Shown here: piece by piece, positions 47,834 through 58,649 of the stretch
Numbering within the stretch: position 1 is the first letter of the stretch
Layout of the letters: each line of letters opens with the position of its first letter
Source of the DNA: an uncultured Chloroflexia bacterium
GTDB taxonomy: Bacteria > Chloroflexota > Anaerolineae > Anaerolineales > UBA4823
Length of the DNA stretch: 64,000 bases
Direction of reading: 5' to 3'
Assembly: GCA_963698715.1 (NCBI GenBank)
Contig: CAVORW010000004.1
Location: 697,550 to 761,549 of the forward strand
Position numbers and translations under genes: made by a program
Notes under the pieces: generated by a model
What the model saw: the letters and a program-made list of their open reading frames with translations, nothing else
What the model was told of the DNA's origin: nothing
The model's database searches: none

Positions 47834-49204
47834 ATGAAAATATACCTGGATACAGTTGGCTGCCGCTTAAATCAGGCAGAGATCGAACAATATGCCCGCC
47901 AGTTTCGAGCTGCCGGGCACACACTTGTCCCCAGCCCACAGCAGGCCGACCTATCGATTGTCAACACCTGTGCTGTGACTGCGGCTGCCGCTTCCGATTC
48001 GCGCCAAAAAATCCGCCAATCCAGCCGGGCTGGCTCCAAAGCGGTTGTGGTGACTGGCTGCTGGTCTACCTTAAACCCTGGTCAGGCAGCCGCCTTGGCG
48101 GGAGTCAGCCAGGTCATTCCCAATAACCAAAAAGACCTGCTGGTTCCAACCCTTTTAAATACTCCTCTCGAGAAGTTTGAGCTCGAACCGGTAGAACGTG
48201 AAATTATTCCTGGAGCGCGGCTACGGACGCGCGCATTTATTAAGGTTCAGGATGGCTGTGACAACCGCTGTACCTTCTGCATAACAACTGTGGCGCGTGG
48301 GCAGGGGCGCAGCCGCTCGATCGAAAGCATTTTGACAGATATCCGGGCTGCTTTGATGACCGAAGGCGACATCGCACCGGAGGCCGGCAAGGAGGCCGCC
48401 AAAGAGATCGTCCTCACAGGTGTCCATCTCGGTTCCTGGGGTCACGATCTTAATTCCGAACTCTGCCTGCGGGATCTTATCCTGGCGATCTTGGATCAAA
48501 CAGACACACCGCGGCTGCGCCTGTCTTCTTTAGAACCCTGGGATCTGGACGAGCATTTTTTCGATCTCTGGCTGGACAAACGGCTTTGCCGGCATCTGCA
48601 TCTGCCCTTACAATCTGGCAGCGCTAACGTCCTGCGAAGAATGGCCCGTAAAACCACGCCCGAGTTTTTTGCTGCTCTGGTGCAGGCAGCCAGGACAGCT
48701 ATCCCGGGGGTAGCCATTACGACCGATGTGATCACCGGATTTCCAGGTGAAACCGAGAGCGAATTTATAGAGAGCCGGTCGTTTGTTGAGGCGCTCCAAT
48801 TTGCTGGCGGGCATGTGTTCACGTACTCTGCCCGAGATGGGACAGCTGCCGCCCGGATGCCCGCTCAGGTGCCGGTCGCCATACGTAAAGCGCGTAATGC
48901 TCAGATGCGGTCAGTCTTGGCTGCTGCCAGCCATGCTTATCAATCAAGCTTCATTGGGCAGGTGCTCCCGGTTCTCTGGGAAAGTGCAACTAAGCTCGGA
49001 CCGCACGATTGGCACATGAGCGGTTTGACCGACAATTATTTGCGCGTCTCGGCTCAGGCGCCCCGCCAGCTCTGGAATCAGATTGTCCCCGTGCGCCTGG
49101 CTGGATTTAGCTCGCAGGGGTTGCAGGGTAAAATAGAGCCAGGTTTCAGTTATCAAGGAGGGATGGATGACAGATTGCATCTTCTGCAAGATCATCGCCG
49201 GTGA
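47834..49204 (+). CDS. mtaB: Radical-SAM methylthiotransferase, MiaB-like / MtaB type
   Basis: N-terminal TVGCRLNQ, radical-SAM CDNRCTFC, TRAM-like C-terminus. Confidence 0.8.
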   Translation: MKIYLDTVGCRLNQAEIEQYARQFRAAGHTLVPSPQQADLSIVNTCAVTAAAASDSRQKIRQSSRAGSKAVVVTGCWSTLNPGQAAALAGVSQVIPNNQKDLLVPTLLNTPLEKFELEPVEREIIPGARLRTRAFIKVQDGCDNRCTFCITTVARGQGRSRSIESILTDIRAALMTEGDIAPEAGKEAAKEIVLTGVHLGSWGHDLNSELCLRDLILAILDQTDTPRLRLSSLEPWDLDEHFFDLWLDKRLCRHLHLPLQSGSANVLRRMARKTTPEFFAALVQAARTAIPGVAITTDVITGFPGETESEFIESRSFVEALQFAGGHVFTYSARDGTAAARMPAQVPVAIRKARNAQMRSVLAAASHAYQSSFIGQVLPVLWESATKLGPHDWHMSGLTDNYLRVSAQAPRQLWNQIVPVRLAGFSSQGLQGKIEPGFSYQGGMDDRLHLLQDHRR

Positions 49205-49511
49205 TATTCCCAGCAGCCGGTTATATCAAGACGACCAGGTGACTGCCTTTCGGGATATTAACCCGGTAGCGCCGACTCATATCTTGATCGTACCGAATTG
49301 GCATATTGGCTCAGTGAATGAACTGATCAAGACTGATGAGCTGCTGGTCGGACGGCTGTTTCTGACTGCCCGCCAGCTAGCCGAAGAGCAAGGCATCCAG
49401 GAATTGGGTTATAGGCTGATCATCAACACTGGGAAAGACGGCGGACAGGAAGTCCTGCACCTGCACCTGCACCTGATTGGCGGGCACAGAATGCGCCATC
49501 CAATGGGTTGA
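49167..49511 (+). CDS. HIT (histidine triad) family protein
   Basis: CIFCKII.GDIP..., HLHLHLIGG. AAGGAGGG RBS. Overlaps mtaB by 38 nt. Confidence 0.9.
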   Translation: MTDCIFCKIIAGDIPSSRLYQDDQVTAFRDINPVAPTHILIVPNWHIGSVNELIKTDELLVGRLFLTARQLAEEQGIQELGYRLIINTGKDGGQEVLHLHLHLIGGHRMRHPMG

Positions 49512-49592
49512 CCCTTCCTTGATCTTGAGCATCAGGTTGTACGACCGGCATCTATCCACCGGTGTGTTGCTTGAGCCTGATACTGGTCTATC

Positions 49593-50378
49593 ATGATTAC
49601 TTCTATCCGCAATCCAAAAATCCAGTTGGTTCGCAAGCTCCAGTCTCAAAGCCGCGCTCGCCGGGAAGAACAATTGTTGATTACCGAGGGTGTGCGGTTA
49701 TGCGAGGAGGCACTGGCGGCTGGTTGGCCTGCGAAGCTTGTTTTATATACTGCTGACCTGAGCGAACGCGGTCAGTCCCTCCTGGATAGTTTGGCCGATC
49801 AGGGTGCGGATCTGGAACAGGTCTCCGAGCAAGTCATGCGCTCGGCCAGCGATACTCAGTCTCCCCAGGGTATTCTGGCAGTCTTGCCGCAGCGCAGTTT
49901 ACCTATCCCAGAGCCCCTGAATTTTGTATTCATTCCGGACGAGGTTCGTGACCCGGGTAATCTGGGCGCCATGCTGCGCACGGCTGAAGCAGCCGGTGTC
50001 GGGACAGTGCTTCTACCTCCCGGCACGGTTGATGTCTATGCGCCCAAGGTTGTCCGGGCTGCAATGGGGGCTCATTTTCGCCTGCCGATCTTTTTGCTCA
50101 GCTGGGATGAAATCTACAGCAAACTACGATCTGTGAACCTGAGAGTGGTGGTAGCCGTGGCAGGTTCTGGGACAACCTATACCCAGGCCGATCTACACAG
50201 CCCTCTGGCGCTGATAATAGGTGGTGAGGCCGAGGGAGCTGGAGAAAAGGCCCGCTTGCTGGCAGACGAACTGGTGCATATACCGATGCCCGGTAAGGCT
50301 GAATCATTAAATGCTGCCATTGCTTCGGCAATCCTGTTGTTTGAAATCGTTCGGCAGAGGGGCTTATACCTCCGGTGA
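49593..50378 (+). CDS. TrmH/SpoU family RNA 2'-O-methyltransferase
   Basis: DEVRDPGNLGAMLRTAEAAG, LIIGGEAEG, ESLNAAIASAILLFE. Confidence 0.85.
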   Translation: MITSIRNPKIQLVRKLQSQSRARREEQLLITEGVRLCEEALAAGWPAKLVLYTADLSERGQSLLDSLADQGADLEQVSEQVMRSASDTQSPQGILAVLPQRSLPIPEPLNFVFIPDEVRDPGNLGAMLRTAEAAGVGTVLLPPGTVDVYAPKVVRAAMGAHFRLPIFLLSWDEIYSKLRSVNLRVVVAVAGSGTTYTQADLHSPLALIIGGEAEGAGEKARLLADELVHIPMPGKAESLNAAIASAILLFEIVRQRGLYLR

Positions 50379-51604
50379 AAATACGATCGATCACCTATTT
50401 CCTTAATCCAAACAGCCCGACACCAGACATCGCGTTGAAGCAGGCTGGTGAATTCCTGATGACGGCCCGGCCCGCCTTTGAGGCGGCGGGGTATGAAGTT
50501 CAAACTGCCAGATTGGCGACTGTTCCTTTCCCCAGACTGCTGCCCCGCCTTCATGTTAATGCTTTGCTTGATCTGGCCCAAAATCTGGAATATGCAGGTA
50601 GGGCAGCCGGTTACGACTACATTTCCCTTGGACCAGCTTTACCCGACCAAATCGAAAGTTACGCCCTGATTCCACCGGTATTAGCTAAAACGAGTTAGGT
50701 TTTTATGGCGGGAATGTTAACCACTTCCGGCGGTGGGATCAGCCTGCCGGCCGTACGGGCCTGCGCTCACGTTATCCAGCACGCGGCTACCATCACGCCG
50801 GATGGATTTGGAAACCTTTTCTTCGCGGCCCTGGGCAACGTTCCGCCAGGCGCGCCATTCTTCCCGGCTGCCTACCATGGCGGGGATGCACCCTCATTTG
50901 GGCTGGCCTGCGAGGCGGCCGATCTGGCAGTCGAAGCCTTCAGCAAAGCGAATTCGCTGGAGCAGGCTCGCCAGGGATTTATCGAGCAGATTGAGAACCA
51001 CGCCAGCCTCCTGGCCCAGGTAGCTCAAAAAATCAGTGAAATTCACAAGCTGGCTTTTGGGGGAATTGATTTAACGCCGGCGCCTTTCCCGAAAAAAGAA
51101 CTCTCACTGGGAACAGCCCTGGAGAGGCTTGGTCTGGCGGCGGTTGGTCTGCATGGTGGCGTGGCTGCAGCAGCCTTTCTGGCCGACGCCCTCGACCGCG
51201 CCCATCTGCCTCGGGCCGGTTTCAATGGGCTGATGCTGCCAGTACTGGAAGATGCTGCCCTGGCAGAGCGCGCTACTGAAGGCACTCTGACGATTCGGGA
51301 TTTGTTGCTTTATTCAACGGTTTGCGGCACCGGTTTGGATACTGTGCCTTTGCCGGGAGATACTTCGCCAGACCAGCTGGCAGCTGTCCTGCTGGACCTG
51401 GCTGCCATCTCTCAGCGACTTGGAAAACCGCTGACGGCCCGCCTGATGCCCATCCCTGGCAAAAAGGTTGGTGATCCCACCGAGTTCGAATTCGGTTACT
51501 TTGCCAACAGCCGGATACTGGCTTTGGAGGCCGCCCCGCTGAGCGGTCTTCTGGCGGGAGATGAGACTTTCTATTTACAGCCGCGAGGCGGCTCAGGAAG
51601 TTGA
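50375..51604 (+). pseudogene. DUF711 / UPF0210 family gene interrupted by one in-frame TAG (50696..50698)
   Basis: GTG start overlaps the TrmH stop (GTGA). MKIRSITYFLNP... ends at TAG. Track ORFs 50375..50698 and 50705..51604 are in the same frame, and together give 409 codons. Confidence 0.75.
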
Positions 51605-54514
51605 TGCAACCAGCGCTGGATCCGCCTTATCAACGCACACATAGGGTTTGAGGAACTGCCCGGTATAAGAGTTTGGAACGTCACAAATTTCCTCCGGTCT
51701 TCCAACAGCGATCACATATCCACCGAGGTCGCCACCCTCCGGCCCCAGGTCGATGATGTAATCAGCAACCTTGATGATATCAAGGTTGTGCTCAATGATC
51801 AGCACGCTGTTGCCAGTCTCAACCAGACGTTGTAAAACTTCGATTAATTTATGCACATCGGCAGCATGCAGTCCGACAGAAGGTTCATCCAAAACATAAA
51901 TGGTTTTACCGGTAGGCCGCTTGGAGAGCTCGCGGGCCAATTTTACACGCTGAGCCTCACCGCCGGACAGAGTTGGAGCGGGCTGCCCGACCCGAATATA
52001 CCCCAACCCGACATCCTGCAGCGTTTGCAGACGGTTCAGCATTGCCGGGAAGGCCGCAAAGATCTCCAGCGCCTCATCCACCGTCATATCGAGCACATCG
52101 GCAATACTTAATCCCTTGAAACGGACCTGCAGCGTTTCACGGTTGAAACGCGCCCCGTGACAGACATCGCAAGGCACGTAGACATCTGGCAAGAACTGCA
52201 TTTCGATTCGCAGTTGGCCCTGGCCCTGGCAAGCCTCACAGCGCCCACCATGCACATTGAAGGAGAACCGTCCAGGCTTATAACCTCGAACTTTGCTTTC
52301 AGGTAAATCGGCATATAACGAGCGGATGTGATCGAATAAGCCAGTATAGGTGCCCGGGTTGGAACGTGGGGTCCGGCCAATGGGGGACTGATCGATATTA
52401 ATGATCTTGTCGATGTTCTCCATCCCTTCAATCCGATCATGCTCGCCGGGAAGGGCATGTGAGCCATGCAAGTGACGCGCCAGGGCTTTGTATAAAATTT
52501 CAACCATCAAGGTTGACTTGCCTGAACCGGACACACCTGTGATGCACACAAATCGGCCAAGCGGAATTTGCACATCAACATTTTTCAGGTTGTTTTCGCG
52601 TGCCCCGATCACTCTCAATGATTTTCCGTTCCCATTCCGCCGTTTTTCAGGGATAGGGACGCGCATCCGTCCCGACAGATAAGCTCCGGTCAGCGATTTC
52701 GGGTGAGCCAGGATCTCATCGACCTTTCCTTCGGCTACAACCTCCCCGCCATGTTCACCAGCGCCAGGGCCCAGGTCAAGAACCCAATCTGCTTCCAGAA
52801 TGGTCTCGCTATCATGTTCAACAATCAGGACCGTGTTGCCCAGATCGCGCAATCCTTTCAGGGTGCGCAGCAGACGGGTATTGTCGCGCGGGTGCAGCCC
52901 GATGGAGGGCTCGTCCAACACGTATAGAACACCCATCAACCGCGATCCAATCTGGGTAGCCAGGCGAATCCGTTGTGCTTCTCCACCTGATAGCGAGGCC
53001 GCTGAACGCCGCAGTGTCAGGTAATCCAGCCCGACATCCACCAGAAAACCCAGCCGGGCTTGAATCTCTTTCAGAATGCGTTCAGCGATAATTTGCTGGC
53101 GGGTTGTGAGCGGCGTGTTTTCAGCACCCAGGCGCAGGGCCCAATCCAGGGCGCGCATCACCGGCCAATCGGTCACTTCAATAATATTCTTGTCATCCAC
53201 CGTGACCGCCAGTGCTTCGGGGCGCAGCCGGGCTCCCCCACAAGTGCCACAAACCCGTTCGTTCATATATTCGGCGATTTTATCGCGCATATATTCTGAG
53301 TTGGTTTCATTAAAACGTCGTTCGAGATTGCCAATCACCCCTTCAAAGGGTGTCCGAAAGGTAGCCTTGCGCCCATTGCGATTCTGGTAATGGACAGTCA
53401 CTTCTTTCCCCTTGGTGCCATACAGGATAATGTCCATTTTTTCCTGGGAAATGCTGCGCACCGGGGCATCCAGATCAATATCATAATCATGTGCGGCCGC
53501 TTCGAGAGTTTGCCAGTAATACCCGCCCTCATCGCGCGGGCCGCTCCACTCAGAGACTACAATTGCACCCTCGTTCAAAGCCATATCTGGATCTGGAATC
53601 AACAAGGCCGGATCGATTTCCAGCCGTCCCCCCAGGCCCTGGCAATCCGAGCAAGCGCCATGTGGGGTATTGAAAGAGAAAGTGCGCGGTTCGATCTCCG
53701 GCAGGCTGACCCCGTGCTCGGGACAGGCCAGGTGTTCCGAGTAATACAAATCCCGGCTCTCCTGAGGGTTGGTCAAATCCTGAACGATCAGATATCCATC
53801 CCCAAACTTTAAGGCGGTTTCGACCGAGTCGGTCAGCCTGGAGCGAAAGATTTGATCATCATCCGGGTTTTCGCTCTGCTGAATGACCAAGCGATCGACG
53901 ACAGCTTCGATATCATGGATCTTGTAGCGATCCATTTGCACATCGTCATCCAGCTCGTAAACCTGACCATCCACTCTGGCCCGCACAAAGCCAGATTTCC
54001 GGATTTCATCCAGCACAGCTTGATGTGTCCCTTTACGGCCCCGCACCAGCGGAGCGAGCAGCAGCAGCCGCGAGCCCTCCGGCAAGGCACTGACCGCATC
54101 GACAACTTCCTGCGCCGACTGGCGAGTAACCTCCCGTCCGCATACCGGGCAATGTGGGATACCCGCCCGGGAGAACAATAACCGCAAATAATCATAAATT
54201 TCTGTGACTGTGCCCACGGTCGAACGCGGGTTATGCGACGCCCCTTTTTGATCGATCGACACTGCCGGAGAAAGCCCGTCGATATAATCGACATCCGGCT
54301 TATCCATTCTCCCAAGAAACTGGCGGGCATAAGCTGACAGCGATTCCACATAACGCCGCTGGCCCTCAGCAAAGATCGTATCGAACGCCAACGAAGATTT
54401 GCCTGAACCCGAAAGCCCGGTGATTACAACCAGCCTGTCGCGCGGGATTTCGACGGTGATATTTTTTAAATTATGCTCACGCGCACCAACAACACGAATT
54501 ACGTTTTGAGTCAT
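51593..54514 (-). CDS. uvrA: Excinuclease ABC subunit A
   Basis: 973 aa, two ABC modules ([22 protein letters not shown]), zinc-finger cysteines. Confidence 0.95.
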   Translation of the reverse strand: MTQNVIRVVGAREHNLKNITVEIPRDRLVVITGLSGSGKSSLAFDTIFAEGQRRYVESLSAYARQFLGRMDKPDVDYIDGLSPAVSIDQKGASHNPRSTVGTVTEIYDYLRLLFSRAGIPHCPVCGREVTRQSAQEVVDAVSALPEGSRLLLLAPLVRGRKGTHQAVLDEIRKSGFVRARVDGQVYELDDDVQMDRYKIHDIEAVVDRLVIQQSENPDDDQIFRSRLTDSVETALKFGDGYLIVQDLTNPQESRDLYYSEHLACPEHGVSLPEIEPRTFSFNTPHGACSDCQGLGGRLEIDPALLIPDPDMALNEGAIVVSEWSGPRDEGGYYWQTLEAAAHDYDIDLDAPVRSISQEKMDIILYGTKGKEVTVHYQNRNGRKATFRTPFEGVIGNLERRFNETNSEYMRDKIAEYMNERVCGTCGGARLRPEALAVTVDDKNIIEVTDWPVMRALDWALRLGAENTPLTTRQQIIAERILKEIQARLGFLVDVGLDYLTLRRSAASLSGGEAQRIRLATQIGSRLMGVLYVLDEPSIGLHPRDNTRLLRTLKGLRDLGNTVLIVEHDSETILEADWVLDLGPGAGEHGGEVVAEGKVDEILAHPKSLTGAYLSGRMRVPIPEKRRNGNGKSLRVIGARENNLKNVDVQIPLGRFVCITGVSGSGKSTLMVEILYKALARHLHGSHALPGEHDRIEGMENIDKIINIDQSPIGRTPRSNPGTYTGLFDHIRSLYADLPESKVRGYKPGRFSFNVHGGRCEACQGQGQLRIEMQFLPDVYVPCDVCHGARFNRETLQVRFKGLSIADVLDMTVDEALEIFAAFPAMLNRLQTLQDVGLGYIRVGQPAPTLSGGEAQRVKLARELSKRPTGKTIYVLDEPSVGLHAADVHKLIEVLQRLVETGNSVLIIEHNLDIIKVADYIIDLGPEGGDLGGYVIAVGRPEEICDVPNSYTGQFLKPYVCVDKADPALVASTS

Positions 54515-54667
54515 GCCAAACCTTTTTGATGTAAACCTGGGGTCATAGAAATAAACCAGCTCAATTATAGCACATATGTTTTATTATTAAGATTAATGCT
54601 TCCATCTCGCGTAAGGCTTTCCCAAATTCGAAAATCTTGGAAATTTCCACCTAGAAAATGAGTTGCT

Positions 54668-54706
54668 GGGTGTGAGAAAAACGGCAGAGCCGTTTTTCTC
54701 ACACCC
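54668..54706. repeat. Perfect 18-bp palindrome with 3-nt loop in a large AT-rich spacer
   Basis: GGGTGTGAGAAAAACGGC AGA GCCGTTTTTCTCACACCC. Confidence 0.8.
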
Positions 54707-55003
54707 AAATAGCATTCTTGAAAGAGCCTTGCCATCTCGAGCAACCTTAACCTGGTGTCCGGGACTCTCCCAAATAGAATACATACACAAACTGTTATTA
54801 TACCAATACGAAACCGCTCTAGTTTAAAAAATAATTAATATGGGTTAGCACGCCAATAAACGCTTGTTTGCTATTATCCCATCTGGTAGCCAGTTATCAT
54901 CTATAATCATAAGTGTCAGGCAGTTTAAGGCATCGAAACAAAAAAATACAATCCAAGGGCTCAACAACCTGATACCGGAGCTAGCGAAAGGACGGAAACA
55001 GCC

Positions 55004-55309
55004 ATGGGATTTTTCAAAAAATTGGGCAAACTTTTCAACCCCCGGATGGATAGCGACCAATGGGTGCAGTGGGTGAGCGTAAAATGTAATCGCTGTGGTG
55101 AGCTAATTCGCAGCCGCATCGATTTGCGCAACGATCTGAGCATCAATTACGGAGAAGATGGGAGTCCGACCTACTTCGCCCGCAAACTTCTCATCGGAGA
55201 GGGTCACTGCTTTCAAAGAATCGAGGTTGAATTAACCTTCGATAAAGATCGCAAATTAATGGATCGCCAGATCAGCGGCGGAAAATTCGCTGACGAACAA
55301 ACCGACTGA
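55004..55309 (+). CDS. Small hypothetical protein with a CxxC...HC motif
   Basis: AAGGA RBS, 101 aa, VKCNRCGELIRSR...GEGHCFQRIEV. No family recognised. Confidence 0.55.
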   Translation: MGFFKKLGKLFNPRMDSDQWVQWVSVKCNRCGELIRSRIDLRNDLSINYGEDGSPTYFARKLLIGEGHCFQRIEVELTFDKDRKLMDRQISGGKFADEQTD

Positions 55310-55319
55310 TCTTTTAGAC

Positions 55320-56189
55320 TCAATCCACCTCTATCTGCACATACTTGCTTTGCTTTTGCCCCAAAATTCCAGCAAGCAGGTGATATGTGGCATACAGTTC
55401 TAGGGCAAATGGCAAGTAACCGCCATATCCCAATAACGGCATCTCAAAGATATGGCAGCAATTTGCCCATGGAATGTGATAGATCCATTTAGGAAAGGCG
55501 AAGTAATTCCACATTTCCCAGAAAAAGGCAGTGATCAACACTCCAATCCACAGGGCCAGAATCGGGCGCCAGTTTCCATTGCGGGTGTTTTCTGCCAGAG
55601 ACCGGTTGCCCAACCAGATATTAATCGGTTCAAGAATAAAATAAATCGAAATCCAGCAAAAAGGGAAGAACAGTTTGGGCCAGGCCCACATCAGGGCAAA
55701 CATGATCCACCCGGCTAAAAAGAACAGGCGGGTGGTACGCAGATCGGGGCGTATCACCGGCCCGCGACCTAGGCGTTGAAGGAATCCAAACGTGCTTACC
55801 AACTCTGCAGTTCCGAAGACGGCCGGAATCACAGTCGTAAAACTAAAGGTCGCCCAGACAAAGAACTCAAAAGGATGAAAAAGCTCAGAGCCAGTATATT
55901 CCCAATTCTGCAAGCGCCAGTTGATCGCCTCGAACAGCCACCAAACTGGGGCCGAAACCACGAACAGTCCGATGTATTTTTGCCAGCTACGGGTGTACAG
56001 CGAGGTCCCCTTGCGCATGTAAACCAGGGCATCCACGGTCAAGCAGTAACCTAACCAGAGTGGAAAAAAACCCCAATGGGTGCGCGGTCCGGTCAGCGCC
56101 CAGTTCAGGGGCCAGAAGATCGTGATCAGCCCTATTCCCAGCCACCCGTGGCTCAAAAAATGATTCTGTCTTGGCGAAATATTTTCCAT
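55320..56189 (-). CDS. Trp-rich polytopic membrane protein, unknown family
   Basis: About 8 hydrophobic segments. It starts 12 nt after the epimerase stop, so is likely co-transcribed. Confidence 0.6.
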   Translation of the reverse strand: MENISPRQNHFLSHGWLGIGLITIFWPLNWALTGPRTHWGFFPLWLGYCLTVDALVYMRKGTSLYTRSWQKYIGLFVVSAPVWWLFEAINWRLQNWEYTGSELFHPFEFFVWATFSFTTVIPAVFGTAELVSTFGFLQRLGRGPVIRPDLRTTRLFFLAGWIMFALMWAWPKLFFPFCWISIYFILEPINIWLGNRSLAENTRNGNWRPILALWIGVLITAFFWEMWNYFAFPKWIYHIPWANCCHIFEMPLLGYGGYLPFALELYATYHLLAGILGQKQSKYVQIEVD

Positions 56190-56201
56190 CTGGCGCCCCC
56201 G

Positions 56202-56615
56202 TCAGTCAGAATTCAGCTCATATAATTCAACCATCACGCCATGAGCGCTTTTCGGATGCACAAATGCATATTTACGCCCATCAGATCCGATCTTCGGCTC
56301 GTCATTGATCATCTGAATGCCCTTCCCTTTTAGCTGGGCCAACATGCCAGCAATGTCGTCCACTTCGAGGCAAATATGGTGCATGCCCGGCCCGCGCTTA
56401 TCCAGGTAGCGGGCCAATCCGGAATCCTCCGTAGTTGGCTTGACCAGCTCGATCTCGCTCTCTCCGGTCGGGAGAAAAGCAATAATCGCCTGCTCGCCGG
56501 GCACATCCTGCGTGTGAGTCAGCTTTAAACCCAGGGCATCCTGCCAGAAATTGATGGTGGCATCCAAATCATCGACCAGAATAGCAATGTGGTTGATTTT
56601 CTTTACAACAGGCAT
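56202..56615 (-). CDS. mce: Methylmalonyl-CoA epimerase (VOC/glyoxalase fold)
   Basis: INHIAILVDDLD...GPGMHHICLEVDDI...AFVHPKSAHGVMVELYE. GGAGG RBS. Confidence 0.85.
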   Translation of the reverse strand: MPVVKKINHIAILVDDLDATINFWQDALGLKLTHTQDVPGEQAIIAFLPTGESEIELVKPTTEDSGLARYLDKRGPGMHHICLEVDDIAGMLAQLKGKGIQMINDEPKIGSDGRKYAFVHPKSAHGVMVELYELNSD

Positions 56616-56697
56616 ACTGCCTCCACTTTAGAAAAATCGGACCTGCACAGGCTCGTATAAATACAATGGCCAATACTTGAAAGTCCCACACGAAACT

Positions 56698-58353
56698 CTA
56701 CAGCCAGGTCGGTGATTGGTACTCACCCCACAGACCGCGCAGCAGGTGGCAGATTTCTCCCAGCGTGATATCGTTTTCCACACAGGCGATAAAAACCGGC
56801 ATAAGATTTTCCGTGCTTCGGGCAGCTGTATCCAACCAGCCCAGCAGTTCGTTGGTCCGCGCCGCATCCCGGCGGAGGCGCAAATCTGCCAGCTGAGTGC
56901 GCTGAGCTTGTTCGATTGCCGGATCTACCTTCAAGCGTTCAAGCTCCATCCGCTCATCGATCGGGAAGGCATTAACGCCCACCACGATCTCTTCGCCCCG
57001 TTCGACAGCTTGCTGGAAGCGATAAGCTGCCTCCTGGATCTCCGCCTGGATGTAGCCTTCTTCAATCGCTTTGAGGGCCCCGCCCATCTCATGGATCCGA
57101 TCAAGATATACCTGAGCCCGCTTCTCGATCTCATCCGTCAGGCCTTCAATTAAATAGGAACCTGCCAGCGGGTCGACGCTGTCAGCCACGCCCGACTCAT
57201 AAGCAATGACCTGCTGGGTGCGCAGCGCTACCCGAACGGCTTTTTCAGTCGGCAGCCACAGAGCCTCGTCCATGCTGTTGGTATGCAGCGACTGGGTGCC
57301 GCCCATCACGGCTGCCAGGGCTTGGATGGCAACCCGGATGACATTGTTCTCCGGCTGCTGGGCCGTCAGGGTCGAGCCGGCCGTCTGGGTGTGAAAACGC
57401 AGCATCCACGAGCGCGGATCTTTAGCCCCAAAGCGCTCGCGCATGATGCGAGCCCACATCCGGCGGGCAGCCCGAAACTTGGCCACCTCTTCCAGAAAGT
57501 TGTTGTGGGCGTTGAAAAAGAAAGATAGCTGGCTGGCAAAACTGTCCACGTCCAGTCCGGCTTTGATAGCCGCTTCCACGTAGGCGATGCCATCCGCCAG
57601 GGTGAAGGCCACTTCCTGGTCGGCCGTGGAGCCCGCTTCGCGAATGTGATAGCCAGAAATGCTGATCGTGTTCCAGCGTGGCACCTCGGCCTGGCAGTAG
57701 CTGAACACATCGGTGATCAGGCGCATTGAAGGCCCCGGCGGAAAGATATAGGTACCTCGGGCAATATACTCTTTGAGAATATCGTTCTGGATCGTTCCCC
57801 GCAGGCGATCAGGCTCTACACCCTGCTGTTTACCTACAGCGATGTACATGGCCAGCAAGATCGAGGCCGGCGCGTTGATCGTCATGCTGGTCGAGACCTT
57901 ATCGAGCGGGATCTCCCGGAACAGAGTTGCCATATCGTCTCGGGAGGAGATCGAAACGCCTACTTTACCGACCTCGCCGGCTGCGATCGGATCGTCGGCG
58001 TCATAACCGATCTGAGTCGGCAAATCGAAGGCCACTGACAGGCCCGTCTGTCCCTGTTCGAGCAGGTAGCGGTAGCGGCGGTTGGATTCTTCGGCGGTGG
58101 CATAGCCAGCATACTGCCGCATGGTCCAAAACCGGCCGCGATACATGGTGGGCTGGACCCCGCGCGTGAAAGGGTACTCGCCCGGAAAACCTAATTTTTC
58201 CATGTAATTGGGATCAGGATCTTCCGGCAGCGGCAGGCGCGGCAGCGGGATGCCGGAAAGGGTGTTGAATGCGCTTTTTCGTTCCGCGAAGCGCTTGAGG
58301 GTGGGGTTAAGGGTTTCCTCTCCCCAACGTTTCTTTTCAGAGTCCAGAGTCAT
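56698..58353 (-). CDS. Methylmalonyl-CoA mutase, catalytic (large, N-terminal) subunit without a B12-binding domain
   Basis: [36 protein letters not shown].... 551 aa, ends before any DxHxxG B12 domain. Confidence 0.9.
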   Translation of the reverse strand: MTLDSEKKRWGEETLNPTLKRFAERKSAFNTLSGIPLPRLPLPEDPDPNYMEKLGFPGEYPFTRGVQPTMYRGRFWTMRQYAGYATAEESNRRYRYLLEQGQTGLSVAFDLPTQIGYDADDPIAAGEVGKVGVSISSRDDMATLFREIPLDKVSTSMTINAPASILLAMYIAVGKQQGVEPDRLRGTIQNDILKEYIARGTYIFPPGPSMRLITDVFSYCQAEVPRWNTISISGYHIREAGSTADQEVAFTLADGIAYVEAAIKAGLDVDSFASQLSFFFNAHNNFLEEVAKFRAARRMWARIMRERFGAKDPRSWMLRFHTQTAGSTLTAQQPENNVIRVAIQALAAVMGGTQSLHTNSMDEALWLPTEKAVRVALRTQQVIAYESGVADSVDPLAGSYLIEGLTDEIEKRAQVYLDRIHEMGGALKAIEEGYIQAEIQEAAYRFQQAVERGEEIVVGVNAFPIDERMELERLKVDPAIEQAQRTQLADLRLRRDAARTNELLGWLDTAARSTENLMPVFIACVENDITLGEICHLLRGLWGEYQSPTWL

Positions 58354-58649
58354 CGTTCGCCTCGGTTGTCCAGCGTTGGTTTTGATGTATATTGCCCCCG
58401 AGTATACCTTAACTGAGACGGACCATACCAGCGCGATTCCTTGCCTCTCTGGAAAATACTGTGGTGGTGATTTATGGAGGAGTTACGATCCGAGCAACCA
58501 GCCCATTTCCTGACAGGTTCCATGGGCTATAATACGAGGGTATCCAGGAGTATAGCTCCAACCATGTCGGTTTTTATCACAAATAGACTGCTGCACCTAG
58601 CCGTGTATTGTACGGCCGCTCGCAGTGACAGTTCCTTAGAGGGATTCTG

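Noticed and set aside
50696-50698. TAG as a recoded or pyrrolysine codon, or genome-wide reassignment
   Set aside because: TAG terminates at least two well-defined genes in the window (M42 paralogs 2 and 3), and no pyl-type context is visible.
54515-54600. LexA/SOS box upstream of uvrA
   Set aside because: There is no GAAC-N4-GTTC-type or other convincing palindrome apart from ACATATGT. This is insufficient evidence.
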